A DNA stretch of 64,000 nucleotides from Polyangiaceae bacterium (GTDB lineage: Bacteria > Myxococcota_A > Polyangia > Polyangiales > Polyangiaceae). The stretch covers positions 1 through 64,000 of the forward strand of contig JBGANF010000007.1 of assembly GCA_044222475.1 (NCBI GenBank), read 5' to 3'. Shown one piece after another: positions 58,540-64,000 of the stretch. The notes under the pieces are model-generated. The model saw only the letters and a list, made by a program, of their open reading frames with translations, did no database searches and was not told the origin of the DNA. How positions within the stretch are numbered: position 1 is the first letter of the stretch; each line of letters begins with the position of its first letter. The translations under genes and the position numbers were made by a program.

Positions 58540-60294
58540 TCAGTTCGGGACCGGCGGCACCACGACCGTGTTGATCGGTTTCACGCTCGCCCCCGCGGGG
58601 TAGGCGTAGCTCGACGCGCTGTCGTATCCCCACACCGTGATGCCGAACGGCGCATCGCTCTTGATCGTGTGGAGACCGTTGTCGCAGTTGCCGACCTTCG
58701 CTCCCGCCTTCGCGAGCTCGACGTGGGTCGTCTGGAACTGCGTGCCGCCCATCTGCGTCCACCCGCCGACGGTCCCGAGGCAGTCGAGCGTGACGTCCTT
58801 GTAGGTGTTGTCGCTCGCCTTCTTCCGCACGAGGGCGATCTCCGTGTAGCCGTACGTCGGATCGGTGAAGAACATGTACGACCCGAGGAACTGCGCCGGC
58901 GGCACCACGTTCACCGTCTCCGGTCCACCCACGTTCCAGTACGTCGCGAGGTTGCCCACCGCCGCGTACTCGTTGCCGAGCGCCTTCACCGGCGGGATCT
59001 GCTGGTGCGCGGCGTCGCAGTCGCCGCCCGGGCGGTGCGCCGCGAGGTAGAACGGGTGCTGGTTGTCCTGCGACTCGACGTGGAACGCGCCCGGTCCGTC
59101 GAACTCGACGAGCTGGCCGGCGGTGAGCGTCGTCGGCGCGCCGGGCACCGCCGGGTCGTACGTCAACGTCGTGCCCTTCGTGGTCCCGAGGATGCGCCAC
59201 TTCGGCGGGCTCGTCTGGAACATGCAGAAGTGCTCACCCCACACGCCGACCGGCTTGTTCGATTGCACGATGCTGCCAGAGAGATCCTGGCCGGTGTTGT
59301 CGGGGACCTGCATGAGGTGCACGGTCTGACCCTTGTTGATCGAGTAGGTGATCGGCACGCCCTTCGTCGCGGCGGGCACCGTGTTGAGCGCGGTGATGTT
59401 CGTCGAAGGGAGGAACGTCACCGTCGTGCCGTCCTCGCGCGCGACGAGATCGACGCCGGGCGTGTACGACGCGGGGTTGTTGCCCATCGTGGCGGCGACG
59501 TAGTTCGTGTCCCACGCGGTCGTCGGGAGCAGCAGCGTCGCGCTCGAGATGTACGACTTCGCGCCGCCGTACGGGTAGATGTCGTAGACGACCGCGGGCA
59601 CGCTGGTCTGGATCTCCATCGCGTTCGAGTAGTGCGTGTCGTGGAGGACCATGTTCTCGTTCGTGACCGCGACCTGCACGCCGGCCGGGCAGTTCACCTT
59701 GAGACCCGAGTTCTCGTTCGTGTTGTTGAGGAACACGATCGCCATGCTGTTCGGCGGGATGCCGGTCGACGGGATGGGCTGGTACGTCAGGCTCACGCCG
59801 CTTCCCTGTGGCGCGTAGGAGAACGGCGTCGCGTCCATCACCTTGCCCTTCCAGGTGAGCGTCACCTTCATCGGCGCGCTCCAGGTGTTGGTCACGAACG
59901 CCGCGAAGCAGCTGCCCGAGGACACGGTCGAGTCCGAGGGGAGCGCGTAGTAGTCGCACCCGATCGAGCTCTTGTTCGCGGCCGCCGCGTCGCACGCGTT
60001 GATGCACCCCGTCGGACCGCAGCCCAAGTCGCCGGTGCACGTCTGGACGACGGTCGGGTTGTCGCCGCAGGTGAGGATGCTCTTCAAGTCGCCGGAGCAC
60101 TGGGTGCACCCCGCGTCACCGAGCGAGCCGTCGGTGTTCGGGAAGATCGGAGCGTCCTGGTTCGTGGTCGCGTCGTCCGGCGGGTTGCCGGCGTCGGGAT
60201 CGCCGAAGCCGTTGTTGGAGTTGCTCCCGCAGGCGACGAAGGCCGTCGACGCTGCGAGTCCCACGATGCCCAAGACAAGCGAGATGCTGCGCAT
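58540..60294 (-). CDS. IgGFc-binding-domain lipoprotein (paralogue 2, internally permuted)
   Basis: Lipobox FVAC; KSSIGCDYY, LLLPTTAW, FFTDPTY, SYAYPAGASV.PINTVVV. Confidence 0.88.
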   Translation of the reverse strand: MRSISLVLGIVGLAASTAFVACGSNSNNGFGDPDAGNPPDDATTNQDAPIFPNTDGSLGDAGCTQCSGDLKSILTCGDNPTVVQTCTGDLGCGPTGCINACDAAAANKSSIGCDYYALPSDSTVSSGSCFAAFVTNTWSAPMKVTLTWKGKVMDATPFSYAPQGSGVSLTYQPIPSTGIPPNSMAIVFLNNTNENSGLKVNCPAGVQVAVTNENMVLHDTHYSNAMEIQTSVPAVVYDIYPYGGAKSYISSATLLLPTTAWDTNYVAATMGNNPASYTPGVDLVAREDGTTVTFLPSTNITALNTVPAATKGVPITYSINKGQTVHLMQVPDNTGQDLSGSIVQSNKPVGVWGEHFCMFQTSPPKWRILGTTKGTTLTYDPAVPGAPTTLTAGQLVEFDGPGAFHVESQDNQHPFYLAAHRPGGDCDAAHQQIPPVKALGNEYAAVGNLATYWNVGGPETVNVVPPAQFLGSYMFFTDPTYGYTEIALVRKKASDNTYKDVTLDCLGTVGGWTQMGGTQFQTTHVELAKAGAKVGNCDNGLHTIKSDAPFGITVWGYDSASSYAYPAGASVKPINTVVVPPVPN

Positions 60295-60366
60295 CCTCCC
60301 ATGATGCCAGCCCACCGCGCCCCTGTCGACGCGCGCCTTCCACACGCTATGCTGCGGGCGGCAACC

Positions 60367-61752
60367 ATGGCCCAGACCCTCAATGTCGACGATCCGTACA
60401 CCCTGGAAACCGCGTTCACCGTCGAGCTGAGCGACGAAGCCGCCGGTCGCGCCGTGCTCGAGCGGTCGCGCGCCGCGTTCCGTGCGTTCCGCAAGACCAC
60501 CGTCGACGAGCGCATCGCCCTCGTCGAGAAGGCCGTCGTCGCGATGGAGAAGCGCAAGGACGAGATCGCGCTCGACATCGCCAAGATGATGGGCAAGCCG
60601 ATCGCGCAAGGACGCAACGAGGTCGCCGGCATGGCCGTGCGCGCGCGTCACATGGCGTCGATCGCGAAGCAGTCGCTCCTCGACATCAACCTCCCGAAGG
60701 AGGGCTTCGATCGGCGCATCGTCAAGGAGCCGCTCGGCGTCGTCCTCGATCTGCCGGCGTGGAACTACCCGCTCCTCACTGCGATCAACCTCGTCGCGCC
60801 CGCGATCCTCGCCGGCAACTCGGTGGTGGTGAAGCACTCGCCGCGGAGCCCGCTGTGCGGCATGCACTTCGCGCGCGCGTTCACCGAGGCAGGCGCGCCC
60901 GAAGGCTTGGTCCAATCGCTCGACTGCGACCACCCGACGACGGAGCGCCTCGTCGGCAGCGGCCTCGTGGATCACGTCGTCTTCACCGGCTCGGTGTTCG
61001 GCGGTCACCGGATCCAAGAGGCCGCCGCGAAGCAGTTCCTCCACGTCGGGCTCGAGCTCGGTGGGAACGACGCCGCGTACGTCGCGCCCGACGCAGATCT
61101 CGCGAAGTCGGTCGAGAACATCGTCGACGGGTGCATCTACAACGCCGGCCAGAGCTGCTGCGCCGTCGAGCGCGTCTACGTTCACGAGAGCCTGTACGAC
61201 AAGTTCGTGGCCGCGTGCGAGCCCCTCGTTCGCGCCTACGTCCTCGGTGATCCGAAGAACGAGAAGACGACGCTCGGACCGATCGCGCAACCGCACCACG
61301 TCCGCGAGCTCGAAGGGATGGTCCTCGACGCGAAGGGCCGCGGCGCGCGCCTGCTCGCGGGCGGCCGGGCTACCCAGGTCGACGGCAAGGGTCGCTTCTT
61401 CGAGGCCACGCTGCTCGCCGACGTCGCCCCGGAGGCACGCCTCATGCGCCAAGAGTCGTTCGGGCCCCTCGTGGTGATCGCCAAGGTGTCCTCGGACGAG
61501 GAGGCGCTCGCGCGCATGAACGACTCGGACCTCGGCCTCACGGCGAGCGTGTGGACCAAGGACAAGGAGCGCGCGATGCGCATGGCGCGCGCGCTCGAGG
61601 TGGGGACGGTCTACATGAACCGCTGCGACTCGGTCGATCCCGCGCTGCCGTGGGTGGGGCAGAAGAACTCGGGGCGCGGTCACAGCCTCAGCGCGCTCGG
61701 CTTCGACCAACTCACGCGCCCGAAGTCGCTTCACTTTCGTCTGCGCTGGTAG
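60367..61752 (+). CDS. NAD(P)-dependent aldehyde dehydrogenase
   Basis: AWNYP, FTGS, LELGGND, NAGQSCCA, ESFGP. Confidence 0.95.
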   Translation: MAQTLNVDDPYTLETAFTVELSDEAAGRAVLERSRAAFRAFRKTTVDERIALVEKAVVAMEKRKDEIALDIAKMMGKPIAQGRNEVAGMAVRARHMASIAKQSLLDINLPKEGFDRRIVKEPLGVVLDLPAWNYPLLTAINLVAPAILAGNSVVVKHSPRSPLCGMHFARAFTEAGAPEGLVQSLDCDHPTTERLVGSGLVDHVVFTGSVFGGHRIQEAAAKQFLHVGLELGGNDAAYVAPDADLAKSVENIVDGCIYNAGQSCCAVERVYVHESLYDKFVAACEPLVRAYVLGDPKNEKTTLGPIAQPHHVRELEGMVLDAKGRGARLLAGGRATQVDGKGRFFEATLLADVAPEARLMRQESFGPLVVIAKVSSDEEALARMNDSDLGLTASVWTKDKERAMRMARALEVGTVYMNRCDSVDPALPWVGQKNSGRGHSLSALGFDQLTRPKSLHFRLRW

Positions 61753-61772
61753 CCGGATATCCTCGTAGGGAG

Positions 61773-63182
<1,410 letters not shown>

Positions 63183-63188
63183 AATGTT

Positions 63189-63977
63189 CTAGAACTGACC
63201 CGTCGTGCAGACTGCGCCACCTGGATACGCCTTCTCCGCCGCCAGGCAAGTGCTCGCTTCGACGCACATGCTGTACTCGTCGGCGATGCTCTGGGCGGCC
63301 GCGTCGACGACGAAGGTGAGGCACCGGCGCCCTGCGCACGAACCCCCGTCACCGCGGCGGCAAGGCGACGGGCCCCCGAACTCCTGGGTGAACTTGTCCA
63401 CGCACAGACTGTAGGGATGCAGTGGCGAGCGTCCCATGCAGACCTGTCCCTGATTGGGACACGCTCCGCAGGCGCCGCCGCAGAGTGTGACGCCGGGTAT
63501 CTTCGGACATGTGGTCGGCGCGGGCGGGATGGCTGCGCCGGTGTACGTCGACCGGTCGGCATAGCGAGACATGTCGAGGCGGCCGTTCAGCGCGTAGAGC
63601 TTGGCGAGATCCTCGTGAACGCAGTCGGTCTGCAGCGTCGTGGGGCCGAGATCGCGATACGAGGCCGCGTAGTCCGCCAGGAGAAATCCGTCCGGGCACT
63701 GCTCAGGCTCGGGACCTCCCGACTTGATGTCTTCAAGGCAGAAGCTCAAGCTCGTGTCGAACTGCCCGCTCGTGCAGTACTTGCAAGTCGCCCCACAGTT
63801 GTCGGTCCCATGGCACACGCTCACTCCCGAGGGTGCCCGGCACTTCGTGAACCCGGAATCCGCATCGAGAATCGACCCGTCACTGCCGCCATCCGCACCC
63901 CCGTCAGGTCCTGCTTGGACGGCTCCGCCGCAGGCGACGAGCGCACCGAGGAGGGCGCCCAAAAGCAAGCCCCTCAT
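63189..63977 (-). CDS. Cys-rich lipoprotein
   Basis: Lipobox LVAC; DGG linker; LCGGACGAC, C.GRSPLHPYSLC. Confidence 0.85.
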   Translation of the reverse strand: MRGLLLGALLGALVACGGAVQAGPDGGADGGSDGSILDADSGFTKCRAPSGVSVCHGTDNCGATCKYCTSGQFDTSLSFCLEDIKSGGPEPEQCPDGFLLADYAASYRDLGPTTLQTDCVHEDLAKLYALNGRLDMSRYADRSTYTGAAIPPAPTTCPKIPGVTLCGGACGACPNQGQVCMGRSPLHPYSLCVDKFTQEFGGPSPCRRGDGGSCAGRRCLTFVVDAAAQSIADEYSMCVEASTCLAAEKAYPGGAVCTTGQF

Positions 63978-64000
63978 TGCCCGACCACCGTGCAGTTGTC

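Overview
GC-rich bacterial chromosomal DNA. Gene content (five Hanks-type Ser/Thr kinases, an FHA/sigma-54 activator, many Cys-rich lipoproteins with D-[AGS]-G linkers, a CarF homologue, a myxosortase-like CPBP protease) points to a myxobacterium, probably Polyangiaceae/Labilithrix-like; the taxonomy is an inference. About 57 tightly packed CDS. Housekeeping genes include nikR, obgE, pspA, lpdA with an E1-alpha, a ferredoxin, ruvB, birA, nadC, a double-length uvrA and an aldehyde dehydrogenase. No rRNA, tRNA, CRISPR array or transposase was seen. Most notable observations: (1) two IgGFc-binding-domain lipoprotein paralogues whose internal blocks are in swapped order; (2) a complete divergent sigma-54 module (FHA + degenerate GGDEF with intact RxxD site + AAA+ activator, palindromic enhancer, phased T-tracts, -24/-12 box) next to two kinases; (3) a TANNNT hexamer 6-9 nt upstream of at least 11 start codons, suggesting widespread leaderless transcription; (4) an orphan full-length SctU/FlhB coupled to obgE; (5) several apparent pseudo-enzymes and hexamer-periodic palindromes. 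All calls come from motif reading only; no database searches were run.
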